From assembly GCF_964188315.1 (NCBI RefSeq), contig NC_135658.1, positions 63,426,001-63,490,000 of the forward strand: DNA of 64,000 nucleotides, in the 5' to 3' direction. Every line of letters starts with the position of its first letter. Positions within the stretch are counted from its first letter, which is position 1. The notes beneath the pieces were generated by a model that was given only the letters and a program-made list of their open reading frames with translations, had not been told where the DNA came from and searched no databases. The translations under genes and the position numbers were made by a program. Origin of the DNA: Podarcis muralis (Eukaryota). Shown piece by piece: positions 1-13,487 of this stretch.

Positions 1-1787
1 AAGGCCCCCTACCAGGGGCGGAGCTCGGTCTCCCGCCCACAACCACTCCCCTCTCTTCCAGGGAGGAGAGTCTCTGTCATAACTCTGAAGATTTTTTAGT
101 AATTGTGTGATTGTAAAATTTGAAGAATAAAACCATACAGAGCAAAGATAAATGTAGCTTTTACTATATCAACTAGACGAATTAACTAATGCAAGGTTTC
201 ATTGACTTTCTTTTCCTTTTCATGAAATGATGGGATGGGATTTAAGATGAGAAATTGGCAAAATATTAATTGTTCTTTACCAGTTCTTCAAACACTTGGC
301 AAATATAGACAATTAAATTACTGAATGCTTAATGTGGGCGTGTTTGTTCCATTCTGTCGTGAGAGCTGGGGCCATTTACCTCTATCTGTTGTCTACCTGG
401 CATGGGTGATTCCACCCCAATTTCAAGCACGATAGCAATCTGTTAACAGATCTGTGCTTCTAGTGAGGAGGCACTTGACTAATCCACTCTCCCCCTGATT
501 CACTAGTCAACTGTGAGATACTGGATGGGAAAGTCTCCTTTCACCATGAAGAGGCTTCCCATCCTTGGGACACGTTGGTCTGCCCCTGGTCTGCCCCTGA
601 CACACATGCTCCAGAAAGTCCACCTTTTTGTTCCCTCTACCATCAGAGCACTGAAAACAGAGCAGCTATAGCACTGGTCCTTGGGGTGATAATGGGGACA
701 GTACTCCTATCTCTGCCTCCAAGAGCACACTCCTCTCTTGACCTTGAAGAGGGACAACCCTCAAATTCCTATGGTCCCTTGGAGACCACAGGACCACACC
801 CTTCCAAAGACCACTGCATTACATCCTCAAATGTTATTTTTTAAGCTTAACATGCTGCCCGTTTTTTTGAAATTGAACTTATAAGGCGGTCAACACGTAA
901 AGGAGGAATAATTTCTAAAACTCACTAACTTTGAATTCGCATTGATTGTATATTACAGAGGACATGAACCTCGATTTGGATTTCTACCACACATTTTCAA
1001 AGGACTAAAAATAATAACTGTCTTGCCAGGGATAACAGAAAGAAGGCGTTTGAATGAGATTTGGTAATGAGGTAGTCATTGGAGAGCCCTGGTGGCACTT
1101 CATAAGAAGGGGCAGCCCCTGAAGCAAAGTTAGCCGTTGATTAGCATGCCAAGTTAGAGTACTTAAAGGGAAGAGCAAGTCAGTCAGAAAGAGGCAAGTG
1201 GGTGGTAAAGGGGACAGACTAATGAAGAGGCCGCTGTTGTGGCAAAATTTAATGCTAATATTTTCTCATTATTTGGAGAGGGAGGATATAGCTGCTTTTT
1301 TAAGAGTGTTACATCATGAATACCAATTAGAAGAAGAAATGCAGGCACTTGGTTGTCACCACGAATATGCAATGCTCTAATGTGCCTGAGGCCTTAGCGC
1401 ATAGTAATTGGGTGGACTGCAAAGGGTGCTGAATGCAAATTAATGCATTCCGAGATGATGGGGGAGGGTTGCAAATCCTTTTCCTTCTTTAAATGAAGAA
1501 CAAGGGAAATGCTAAAGAGTACACTTGGAATCGGGATATACAAACATTCACTCTATGGAGGAGGGACTTGGAATGTAATATTTGTACTGAGGGTGTGTAT
1601 GAATACTTATTTTTGCATACATACTGCAGAGGGAGTGCTTTATGTGAATGTACAACCACAGAGATTGGGTTATCATTTCTTCTCAGCTGAAAAATGACCA
1701 GTTGTTCAGTTGTGTTCCTTATAGAATCAATCAAAATATAAATAACGTTGGCAGCAATTCTTGAACCAGGAATTGTGATAAATTGAA

Positions 1788-2065
1788 TAATAGAATTATA
1801 GAGTTTTAATGGAACCCAGAGGCCATCTAGTCCAACCCCTGCAACACAGGAATCTCAACTAAAACACCCCTGACAAATGACCATCCAAACTCTGCTTAAA
1901 AGCTGTCAACGAAAGAGTCCACCACCCTACATAGGAGTCTGTTCCACTGTTGAACAGCTCTTACCCTTCTGATGTTTACTCAGAAGCTCTTTTCTTGTAA
2001 CTTAAATCCATTGCTTTGGATCCTACTCTCTGCAAAAGGAGAAAACAAGATTTCATCTCCCATAA
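1788..2065 (-). mobile_element. Degenerate CR1 LINE 3' fragment
   Basis: Resembles the younger CR1 3' end at 9878-10294 (ggccatctagtccaacccc, ctctgcttaaa, ttccactgttgaacagctctta) with many substitutions; boundaries approximate. Confidence 0.7.
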
Positions 2066-3440
2066 ATTAACTTCACATTTTTCACCCATTCTTGTAAGCT
2101 GTTTGCATACTATAAAGCTACAGCAAGGCTTTGTTGCATAAATGCATTTCAAACGTTTCAAGTGAGGAGAAACACCCTTATCGTTATTAGTTTTTACAAT
2201 TTTTAATTAGTAAAATACTACTTATTCTTTACTTTGTGATCAGGCCAGTTTATGTGGAAAAAGTCATTCTCTCAGGTAACTTGGTTCTGAGCTGTTTCGG
2301 TCATCAGTGACTGAAATAAATCGATCCATTCATTCATTCATTTAAAAAAACATGTTAAACTTGGCTTGGTTGCTTTTTGGAAGTCAGTAATTTGAGGTTT
2401 GTTATTAATTTTTAAGGAAAGACACTTGAGAGAACATTTCTACACCTCTGTCTCTCCAAACTGCTCTTTTGTGGAAATCACAAGAGGTGTGGACAATTCT
2501 ATCTAGTTTGATACTTTCAAGTTGTTCTAGAAGGGAAGTAGAAGGCCTATATATACCTGGTGAATCTATTAACATAATTAGCATCACATTCTGCCTAGCA
2601 GCTCTCAAGATGGGATGCACTGGGGGGGGGGGGATACACTTGTGATGAACAGTAAAGTAATAGCAGGAAAGTGTATTCATTTTCTTATCTCACAGAATCA
2701 TAGCATCAGTGAGAAATAGGCAAGTGTGTATTTCTGCTGAGCGTTTTAAACACGAGAGTAAAGCAGATTTTTCAGTGGCTGGGAAAGCCACACATTAGAC
2801 ATGAGGAAAATGTACATGAGGGTAATGGAAGGAACGCTAGAGAAGAATGCATGAGAGTGAGTTGCTTGGTAACAGAATGTGTGGGTTGGGAAAGAGGGAT
2901 TGAATATAAATAGTGGCAGGCGCAAGTAGAGTGGCAGGCTCAAATAGCTCCGTACACAGTAAAGCAACAGATAACTGAGATTGCTATTTACCTTGTGGCT
3001 GATGTATGTGCCCGATAAAAATGTTGGATGCTTTAGGTCTGCTTCTGAGATAAGTGTGTGAGAACACACTTTTAGAACACATGAAGTTTCAACACCTAGT
3101 TCCCACTTTAGAGAATCTGAATGCTGCATGCTTCCTTATAGAAATAACCTAGCGGAAGCTCCTAGGTGAGATCCATTATGGCTATATGGTCTGTCATATA
3201 TAAGTTATACCAGTCAACATGCGAGCAATTCTTTGAAACTGGGTGACATTCTAAACCCAAGTTAAACCCAACCCCAACCCCAAAATTTGGACCAAACATT
3301 TTAGCAGACACACACACCCTGTACCACACTTCTGCCCTCAACTCTTGAGGCGGTATAGCGGCTTTCCCAGCCAAATTTCAGAGCCCTTATTTTGCCCCAA
3401 AACAATTTTGGAAAAACCTCCCCCGGGTGGGTAATATAGC

Positions 3441-3925
3441 TGTCCAGGATTGGCAGAGGAGGAATGGTGGAGACCGCCTTCCATCCTGACGCTTCCAGGG
3501 AGGAGGAAGAGGGAAACAGTATAGATTTACAACAGGGGGTTGAGGGAGGGCACAGCTCAGAGGCAGATGAAAGGGAAAGGACAGAAATCATAGGAGAGCC
3601 AGAGCAGATGGCTGACACTTCACTAGAAAGGCATTCCAGACCCACCATCTCCCAGAACCCTGCGGGCCTTAAAAGTAGGAGAGCAAAGAGCTCAAAGACA
3701 GAGGGCACTTAGCAGTACCTGTAGAGGAGGTGATGATGGTGACAAAGGAGGAAGTGGGAGAGGCAGAGGGTGGAGATTCACTCGGGACAATGCCATTATC
3801 CAAGAGGCTGAGTTCTATAGCCTCTCGCTGTAAAGTTTAAAATAAAAAAGGACTGTAAGAAACTTTTTCCTTGTCTTTATACTTTTCTGGGCAACCAGCC
3901 GGGATCCACTGACAGCATCCTGACA
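3441..3925 (+). mobile_element. Solo LTR (485 bp)
   Basis: Starts TGTCCAGGAT and ends ATCCTGACA (inverted termini); identical 5-bp TSD ATAGC at 3436-3440 and 3926-3930; AATAAA at 3841-3846. Confidence 0.8.
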
Positions 3926-4180
3926 ATAGCTTCACATGGCTCTTACTTAGGATGGGAAATGAGTGGGATTGGGGGCATAGCTGTCAACGTTTCCCTTTTT
4001 TTAAAAGGGAAATTCCCGTATTCCGAATAGGATTCCTCACAAGAAAAGGGAAAAGTTGACAGCTCTGACTGGGGGTTCACAAATAAGATCGAGGGAAAGG
4101 CTCTTGGGCTCTGTAGCATTTCTGTTTTTGTCACCAGTGTGACAAAGCCCAACAGTTTAATGAGCTCAGAAAAAGAATTG

Positions 4181-4380
4181 NNNNNNNNNNNNNNNNNNNN
4201 NNNNNNNNNNNNNNNNNNNNNNNNNNNNNNNNNNNNNNNNNNNNNNNNNNNNNNNNNNNNNNNNNNNNNNNNNNNNNNNNNNNNNNNNNNNNNNNNNNNN
4301 NNNNNNNNNNNNNNNNNNNNNNNNNNNNNNNNNNNNNNNNNNNNNNNNNNNNNNNNNNNNNNNNNNNNNNNNNNNNNNNN
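4181..4380. other. Assembly gap (200 N)
   Basis: Run of N; true size and contiguity unknown. Confidence 1.
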
Positions 4381-4396
4381 ACCTAACTAGCTTCTT

Positions 4397-4502
4397 TGTT
4401 TAGGGAAGTTTTTAATGTCTGGTGTTTTATTGTATTTTTAATATTTTGTTGGAACCTGCCCAGAGTGGCTGGGAAAGCCGAGCCAAATGGGCGGGATATA
4501 AA

Positions 4503-4560
<58 letters not shown>
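4397..4560 (+). mobile_element. L2-type LINE 3' end with (ATT)n tail
   Basis: gtttagggaagtttttaatg...gcccagagtggctggg...gggcgggatataaat + (ATT)n; same 3' UTR as the RT-bearing fragment at 50820-51287. Confidence 0.8.
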
Positions 4561-4562
<2 letters not shown>

Positions 4563-7500
4563 ACTCTCCTTGAATTTCTCCTTTCATCTGCTTTCTTGTC
4601 TTCTTGTTGTCAAAGGACATTAAAAAGCTATTATTCTGCATGTTTAATGAAGGAATATCTTAGTGTCCTGTAGTTGCAGAGCAACATGGGAAAGTCTGTA
4701 GATGATTGATGACCATAAGCCATAAATCTTCTTTTAATAAAAATACGGAATGCTATTAAAACTATGCTTTGCTCATATGTTAGTTTTGAAGACAAGCAGT
4801 TGTATGGGCTGGTAAAAGGGGGGAATCCAATTATAGAAGAGTAGCTGTATTATCCGGTACCAGATTGCTGATCAACCTTCTAGCATCCAAAAATGAAGTT
4901 GACTGCTGTCTACTGAAGTACATATTTTAGCAAAGTTAAAATTACTTCTATACAATGCAGCCTGAACTTGTTATGCATCCAGCATTCACAAAGACAGCTC
5001 ATAATTATGAAATCAACATTTCCCCTTCCCTGCCAACTCCATCATAATCTGAGCTCACAACTCAACTGAAGTTTATATCTAGCTCATACCTAACTTGCCA
5101 AGTTGCCACCAGGTAGCCTTTCCTGCTGTTACCACCCTTTCTCAAACAACTTATCTATGAAAACTGGGGTGGAACAGGAAACAGAAAAGGATGTCTGGTG
5201 GTAGTGGATGGCAGCCACCAACAAGCTCTCCCCTCTACTGATTCTCTTGCTTTTTTTGAGAAGCGGGTAGAAGAAGCAAAGAGGTGTTGTGGGGAGGAGG
5301 TAGGTATAGATGGTTCAGTCTACTTTCAATCTGTGCCACTTTCTTGTGGTAAATGATGCGTTCATCCTGTCCCTTTTCCACATGCATCTGTGATTTCTTT
5401 TTTTAGAAAAACTGCACACAAAAATATAGTTTTGACAGCATTTTTCATAAAATACACATTTTTGTATACATTTCCCTTAAAACAGAGGGAAATGTAGAGG
5501 GGAGGCGCTGGGTACACTTGCCTGAGGCTTTGGAAGGCTAAGCCGGCCAGGGGGGTGGGTGCTGGAGACCGTCTGCTTTTTCAGTTGAGTTTATAACTTT
5601 ATTTTAACAAGACTCCTGCCCTGGGCCTGCCTTAAAATATTATTTTTGGTTTTAATTTCATCTGAAATTGCAAATTTTTTGTAATTTCTGTATGCATTTT
5701 GAGAATTGTATCATAAAATTGGGAGACATTTAACGATCTATGTATTTGTCTGGAAAGAGAGAATCAGGTCAATTTGTTTACAGGTTTAGACTGGGATGGG
5801 GGAGGAATACCCAAGCATTTGTAGTGAGATGTTTCCTCAGGTATGACAAAATTCTGAGCCTTCTTGGAAAACTTTTGGTAAAACACTGAGATCTCCAGGA
5901 AAGCTATGAAAAGCCAAGCTAAAAAGGAGATGAATTTTGGAAACCTATGCATCCCTACTTTGAGCCATTCCCAGTCACATACCTGCATATTACCACATGA
6001 CATCACAGGACAAACCTGATGTATGTGCATTCCAGCCCATCAGTTTGGTAGTCATTTCCACAATACTCTTCTCCATTGCTGAATTCACAAGAATTACTGA
6101 TGTGTACCTACTGTTGTATCCATAGAAGGCTGGGACATATGTTATGCCTTCCATATGATTGTATCCCCAGGAATGGTTGTGACAGAGTAAATGAAGGCAT
6201 ATTTTGAGTTCCATTTGTTTATGGTGAATCATGCTTCAGCTCATTTTACGGCTCTTAATTGAGATCTGTAGAGGGTTACCTATTAAATCCTATGCTACCA
6301 TAAACAAATTTGTGTTACCTGATGTCATTTTATTAGGATATTTTCCTTTCTTACTCCCCTTTTCTCATTATCTATGTGTAAAATAAGAATATTTAACAAA
6401 GTAGTTTATGAATATCCAAGATTACTTCTATTTTGTCACTCAATCATTGCCAAGATTAATGAGAACCAGTGCAGTAAATAATTGCTCTGAGCTGTTGAAC
6501 ACATCATCATTCTACTTGCTTATAGGGGAACACATCTTATCATAGTTCTTATACATGATTAATGCTGCTATACTAAATTTTCTTGAGTCTAGCAGAATCT
6601 GCCAGAGGAGTTCTGTTCTCATATTAGTACCATGGCCAAAATAAAGCAGAATCCAGAGTGGACTCACTTTTCTCAGTGGTAATGTTGACAGACATGAGCT
6701 TAAGTAGATCCAATTCACAAAAATCATTTTTGATATCGTTTTAATATCATTTATGAAAGCTATTCTCCTATAGGTATAGTTGTCTTCAAATTTAATGACT
6801 TATCCTTTATAAAAAAAAGAACCAAAATAAGTTATAGAACCTAATCTCCCACAATATGAAAAATTAACATTATGAATTCAGAATGGTTCTATTTGGTTAC
6901 AAAGTACCAGAGGTTTTTAAAATGTCATTTTTAATGGCTCAGAATAATCCTCGCTGAGGAATAAAAACTCATGAGTTTTTTATCATTATTTGCAACAGAA
7001 AGTTCTTTTAGATTTGAATAACATTGCTATTAGAAATAAGGACATCTGACTTTATCCTGGTTGGAAAAATATTTTCCACCAGAGAAAACAGAAGCTATAA
7101 ACTGACATGGAAGAATATTTGTTGATGACCATGTCAGCATCATTTTTTTTGACTAATCTTGTATTTCTCTCTCCCCTACCCCACATTAATATTAGAAACT
7201 GTTATTGTGTAACTTTTTTTGTTTTAGATACATTTGAACAATAATATATGAGTATAATACTGTAACCAAGTTATCACTATACTCTGTATGCAGACACTCC
7301 AATCCAAACAGTAACAATATGGATATGAAGCTGGCTTTTCCATTTGTATGTATGCCTAGCTGGATAGAAAATTGTGCATGCATCACACATGATTTCCCAG
7401 GCAATCCAGCAACTGGGGGCTGCATGTGCATAGCACTTTTGGGTAGGAGTGTGCATCAGAGTCGGATGAACCCCAAATCCTTAGGTGAAGCGCAATGCCT

Positions 7501-8168
7501 TGGGGTGATCTTGGATTATCAGAGGTGAAGTGGGATTTCTATGAAGCAGCACAAGTTGAAACAGGTACCACTGAAGCATTACACGATATAGACATCAAAA
7601 ACTGCACCAGACAAGCATCTGCTGAAAGCGAAAGCAATGCCTCTAAGCTTACAATGAGGCAATAATGCCATAGGGTGGAATAATGGGGAAAGAGAGAGCA
7701 AACCGCAGAGTGGAGAGGGGGCAGAAGGTGACTCACTGATCTAGCTTGTCATCAGACGGAATGAGCTCCTTCATTATAAGATCTTGCTTATAATTAGAGG
7801 AAATGGTACCGGTGCTCTCTAATATCAAAGTTTTGGTTAAGAAATGTTGATGGAGTGCTTAATTGACATCACTGTCAGTGGAGGCTGGGATTGATAGCTG
7901 TTGGGTGTGTGTGTGTGAGAGTGTGATGTCCTCCAGAGGTGAAGCTCAAGTCCTATTTGTTTTCAATTTGGCAGACCTCTCTTGTGTGCTATTTACAGGC
8001 CACTTGCCAAAAACACACACACAAAACCAATGAGGAGACAAATTGATTCTTTTACTCTTCCTAAAACTGTAACTGTTGCTCTTGTGGGAAAACTACTGCT
8101 GCTAACCTTCTGAAATTTGGCAGGACTCATGCCCTCAGAAGGAATTACCTTACCTGCAAATTTCAGCC

Positions 8169-8171
<3 letters not shown>

Positions 8172-8225
<54 letters not shown>

Positions 8226-8226
8226 T
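8172..8226. repeat. Compound (CT)n(GT)n microsatellite
   Basis: Seen directly. Confidence 0.98.
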
Positions 8227-9877
8227 ATGACATGCTTCATCCACTTTTTCCAAAATACCCTGCCTTTTGACCCTCACAAGTATTTGTCTTTTCCCCTTTA
8301 AGATACTGTAAATCTAGGTTCCTACACCTCCAGATTTTGGATACCTGACAGACTACATGGTCGCTCCACTTGTATTAATGCTGTGCTCCTTGGAGTACCT
8401 GGACCATGCAGGGATGGCTGACCCTCAGTTTGGGGGCCTGATCTGCCCCCCCCCCAAGCAAACCTGGAGAATGAGCAGCCTATACCACATGGAGACGTTA
8501 CATTGTCCTTGCTATCCTCTACACACAATGTGAATTGATTTTTCGCAGAGGTAGAATGTCTGAATAGGGCTTAGGAGACTTTCTAAAATCAGCTTCAGAA
8601 CTAGAGAGTGCACATCATGTTGCAGTTTCCAGTTCCTTTCATTAATTAACATATTTCCCTTCCATTACCAATTCACTCTGCTAAAACTGCAGGCAAGGAA
8701 CTCTTGATGTGACATGTATAATAGTGTCATATTCTTTTTATGCTGCATGGGCACATGCACAATCCCATCAAGACTGCTTTTCTGCTGTGCATGTTTGTAT
8801 CAGCAATGCAGAAAGACCCAAATGAATGGAAAGAATGAAAAGGTGTGGGCTTCTGAATGCATGCACAGCCTTCACCATGAGATAGAGGTGGAATCTACAC
8901 ACATATAAAAAAAAGTTCTGAAAATGCTTTTTTTTAAGTGTTTTTAAAAATACATTGAATTTTCCATAAGGCTCACCATCACCATCTTGTGTCACATTGT
9001 ATATTGCACTCAAAACACACTTAAAACATTTTCTTTGCCCCTGTATAGCTGAGTCAGAAACAGGAACAGATTGCGATAGTGTATTGGTTTCACTTTGGAA
9101 ACAAGATTGTGGATAAATGAGGATGGGGTAATTCTGGAAGCATTTCTATTAAAAATCAAATAGGAGCATCCCTCTGAAAGGCTGGGAGAGAAGTCTGTGA
9201 TGGCAACTGAGCTTCCAAGGCTTCAACGACAAGGTAATAACAAAGCCTTTGGGCCTATTTCCCTTCAGTGCTCTCTCTCACAGTGTAATTTCCATTAATG
9301 TCAATAGGGGATTACAGACTTATACGGAAGAGAGTTTATCTTCCAGTGTGTGAAAGTGATTTATTACCATTAGGACTTTGGGAATAAAAAGGAACCTGGA
9401 ACCTAGAAATGTAGGGGCGTTTATCTGCTTTTAATGCAGAAGCAGCTTTATTATATGGGAGCCAAATATTTAACTTAAGCAGTTAACAAGATGTATTAAT
9501 AATATTCTCCATCTTGGGCCTGGGGGTGGGCCCCATACTCCACCTCAGCACACAAGGCTCCAAGGAGGCCTCGGAACATTGCTGCTGCCGCTCTGCTGTG
9601 AGTTTGTGGGGAGGACCGCTCCCCCCTGAAGCCCATTCTCCATCTTGGGCCCGGGGGGCGGGGCCCATACCAACCACCGCCACAACTTTGGGGACACTGG
9701 TGCTGCTGCAGCAAATTTTTAAAATGTTCTTATATATTTTAAAGCGTTGTAAAGGTGTTTTTACTTTTTATTCTGTTGTTCCACCATAAACGGTGGTTCT
9801 ATCCATGTATTTTTATTTTGTTTTGTTTTATTTTGGGTTGGGGTGGGCTGGTTGTTGAGTGGGGTGGGGATTGGTTT

Positions 9878-10294
9878 TCATAGAATCATAGAATCATAGA
9901 ATCATAGAATCATAGAGTTGGAAGAGACCACAAGGGCCATCGAGTCCAACCCCCTGCCAAGCAGGAAACACCATCAGAGCACTCCTGACATATGGTTGTC
10001 AAGCCTCTGCTTAAAGACCTCAAAAGAAGGAGACTCCACCACACTCCTTGGCAGCAAATTCCACTGTCGAACAGCTCTTACTGTCAGGAAGTTCTTCCTA
10101 ATGTTTAGGTGGAATCTTCTTTCTTGTAGTTTGGATCCATTGCTCCGTGTCCGCTTCTCTGGAGCAGCAGAAAACAGCCTTTCTCCCTCCTCTATGTGAC
10201 ATCCTTTTATATATTTGTACATGGCTATCATATCACCCCGTAACCTCCTCTTCTCCAGGCTAAACATGCCCAGCTCCCTTAGCCGTTCCTCATA
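9878..10294 (-). mobile_element. Young 5'-truncated CR1 LINE (ORF2 C-terminus, 3' UTR, (ATTCTATG)n tail)
   Basis: Minus frame reads YEERLRELGMFSLEKRRLRGDMIAMYKY...NFLTVRAVRQWNLLP...FKQRLDNHMSGVL*, typical CR1 ORF2 end; octamer tail TCATAGAA repeats at 9878-9915. Confidence 0.95.
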
Positions 10295-13200
10295 AGTTTT
10301 GTTCTGGTGTAATTGTTTCTGTTTGTTTGCTTTTATATTTTGTAAATGGAGGCGAATATGAGGCTTGGGATTCCTACTGTGGAGGGGCGAGGGAGGTATG
10401 GCGGTGGGGGCAGATGTCATAGGCGAAGGGGATCGAGATACGGATATGCTCGTACCCCTTCCAATCTGCGCCCCATCCCGAGAGACGAGGGTAGGGTGAG
10501 CAAGGATTACTCACCTCCGTCACTGGTGTTGTGCAATGCCAGGTCTATAGGCAACAAAACCGCCACCCTACGAGATTTCTTCATCTCTCAGGGGGTCGAC
10601 CTGGCCTGTGTGACGGAGACCTGGGTGCGCGAAGGGGATACTGTTACCTTACGAGAGATGGCGCCCCCGGGTTTCTCCGTCCTCCACCAGTCGCGGACTG
10701 TGGGCCGGGGGGGAGGGGTGGCATTATTAATCCGGGAAGATTGTTCTTTCAGGGCTCTACCATCGCCATCGATCCCCGGCATTGAATGTGTTGGCCTAGT
10801 GTGGGGCTCCGAGGTGAGCTTGGCTGTCTGGCTGGTGTACCGGCCACCTAGCGCACCAGCAGCCACCCTGTCAGGCCTGCTGGAGGCGGTGGCCGGCTGG
10901 GCCTTGGAGTTCCCTAACCTATTGGTATTGGGGGACTTCAACATCCATGCTGATGCCACTCCCTCCTCACAAGCTCTGGACCTGGTGTCTTCCATGGCGA
11001 CACTAGGGCTCTCCCAGTTTGTTTCGGGCCCCACACATCAAGCAGGCCACACGCTGGATTTGATCTTTGGCGTCGGTATAGATGTGATCATGTTTCCTTC
11101 GATGAAGGTGCCATGGTCTGATCACTACGCTCTGAAAGCCAGGATTGACGTTCCACCCCCACCCTGCTTAGGTGGCGAGCCGATTTGGGCTCGCCCGCGG
11201 AGGCTGATGGACCCTGATAGATTCCGTCAAGCCTTGCGGGACCTTGCTCCCCCTGGCGACTCATTGACTGAGCTTGTTGAGGGCTGGAATACCCAGCTCC
11301 TGGCAGCCATCAATGAGATCGCACCTAAGCGCCCTCTGCGACCCCGCAGAAACCGGGCTCCCTGGTTTACCGAGGAGCTCCGGAAAATGAAGCGGGACCT
11401 CAGACGGCTAGAGCGAGTATGGCGGGGTGCCCGTGACGGAGCTTCAAGAACATCTTATAGGGTTTTTATGAAAACCTATGAGATGGCAGTGAAGGCCGCT
11501 AAGAAGTCCTACTTCTCAGCCTCCATTGCATCCGCCAGCTCTCGCCCGGCGCAATTATTTAGTATAATTCGGTCTTTAACGTCCCTCGAAGGACAGCCAA
11601 ATTTAACACACAATTTGACACACAGCTGTGAGGCATTTGCAAGCTTTTTTGCGGAGAAGGTCCTGTTGCTCCGCCATGACCTCCCCGCCAATTTCGATAC
11701 AATAAAGGAACTGGAGGCCCCTCGACTGTCCTCGGGTCCAGTATTGGACCACTTTGACCGGATATCCCCAGCCGATGTGGACAGACTCCTCCAAGCTGGA
11801 AAGCCCACCACTTGTCCTCTCGACCCGTGCCCGTCCTGGCTGATTAGAGCGTGTCCAGACGAGGTGCGGGCCCCCCTGGGGGATATCATCAATTTGTCCC
11901 TTGGCACCGGGACATTCCCAGGGGAACTGAAGGAGGCAGTGGTGCGCCCGCTTTTAAAGAAAACATCATTAGATCCCTTAGATCTATCCAATTACCGCCC
12001 GGTTTCGAATCTTCCATTCCTGGGTAAGGTGATTGAGAGAGCGGTTGCGGAACAGCTTGGTAGGTTTCTGGATGAAACATCGGCTCTGGGTCCATTCCAG
12101 TCCGGCTTCCGCGCTGGTCATGGGACCGAGACGGCTCTGGTCGCCTTAACAGATGATCTCCGTAGGCAGCTGGATCGAGGCGGGTCGGGGCTGCTGATTC
12201 TTCTAGACCTGTCAGCAGCCTTCGACATGGTCGATCACGAACTCCTGGACCACCGCCTTGCCGACGTGGGGATCCAGGGCACAGCCCTTCAATGGCTGCG
12301 CTCGTTTCTCTCTGGTCGGGGACAGAGGGTGGCGCTTGGGGGGGAATTGTCATCCCGCCACTCCTTGGTGTGTGGAGTGCCTCAGGGTGCGATTCTCTCC
12401 CCGATGCTTTTTAACATCTTTATGCGCCCCCTTGCCCAGCTTGTCCGGAGTTTTGGGCTGGGCTGCCATCAGTATGCTGATGACACCCAACTCTATCTGT
12501 TGATGGATGGCCATCCTGACTCGGCCCCAGACACACTGATCAGATGCTTGGAAGCTGTGGCTGGATGGTTACGTGGGAGCCAGTTGAAGCTAAATCCTTC
12601 GAAGACAGAGGTCCTCTGGCTGGGACGGGACGATATGAGATTGAGGGGGCAACTCCCTTCTCTTGCGGGGGTGCAATTAATGCCAGCACCGTCCGTTAAG
12701 AGTTTGGGTGTAATCTTCGATACCTCCCTCTCCATGGAGGCGCAGATTGCAGCTATAACAAAGGCGGCATTTTTTCATCTCCGCCAGGCTAAGCAGTTGG
12801 CTCCTTACCTCCCTCGCCCTGACCTAGCCACTGTGATCCACGCGACGGTCACCTCCAGACTGAATTATTGTAACTCGCTCTACGTGGGGCTGCCCTTGAG
12901 ACTGACCCAGAAACTCCAGCGGGTGCAGAATGCCGCAGCGAGACTCCTTACGGGGTCTTCGCTGCGAGATCACATTCATCTGGTGCTATACCAGCTGCAC
13001 TGGCTCCCGGTGGAGTACAGGATCAGGTTTAAGGTGCTGGTTTTAACCTTCAAAGCCCTATACGGCCTAGGACCCTCGTACCTACGGGACCGCCTCTCCT
13101 GGTATGCCCCACAGAGGAACTTACGGTCTTCAAATAAAAACATCTTGAAGGTCCCAGGCCACAGAGAGGTTAGGCTGGCCTCAACTAGAGCCAGAGCTTT

Positions 13201-13487
13201 TTCGGCTGCGGCTCCAACCTGGTGGAACGCCCTGTCGCAAGAGACAAGGGCCCTGCAGGACTTGACATCTTTTCGCAGGGCCTGTAAGACAGAGCTGTTC
13301 CACCAGGCCTTTGGTCAGGGTGCAGCCTGACTCCCTCCTTTGGCAATCTCTACAAAGCTTTAGTCTATGGTTGCAATCAATTTGTATTTTAATTAATTTT
13401 TAGAATGTATTTATGATGTTGTACTGTTTTAGTGTTGTTAGCCGCCCTGAGCCCGGCTTCGGCTGGGGAGGGCGGGATATAAATAAA

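Noticed and set aside
4396-4641. Poly-Ile and poly-Asn ORFs
   Set aside because: Translation of the (ATT)n LINE tail; the same applies to the poly-Leu, poly-CV and poly-HT ORFs over other microsatellites.
9878-9915. Regular TCATAGAA repeats (also 60269-60288)
   Set aside because: CR1 3' tails, not CRISPR; no spacers, and the DNA is eukaryotic.
10531-12735. Several 60-160 aa ORFs overlapping the L2 ORF on both strands
   Set aside because: Shadow ORFs from GC-rich coding sequence; the same applies to those overlapping Bov-B at 56798-58175.
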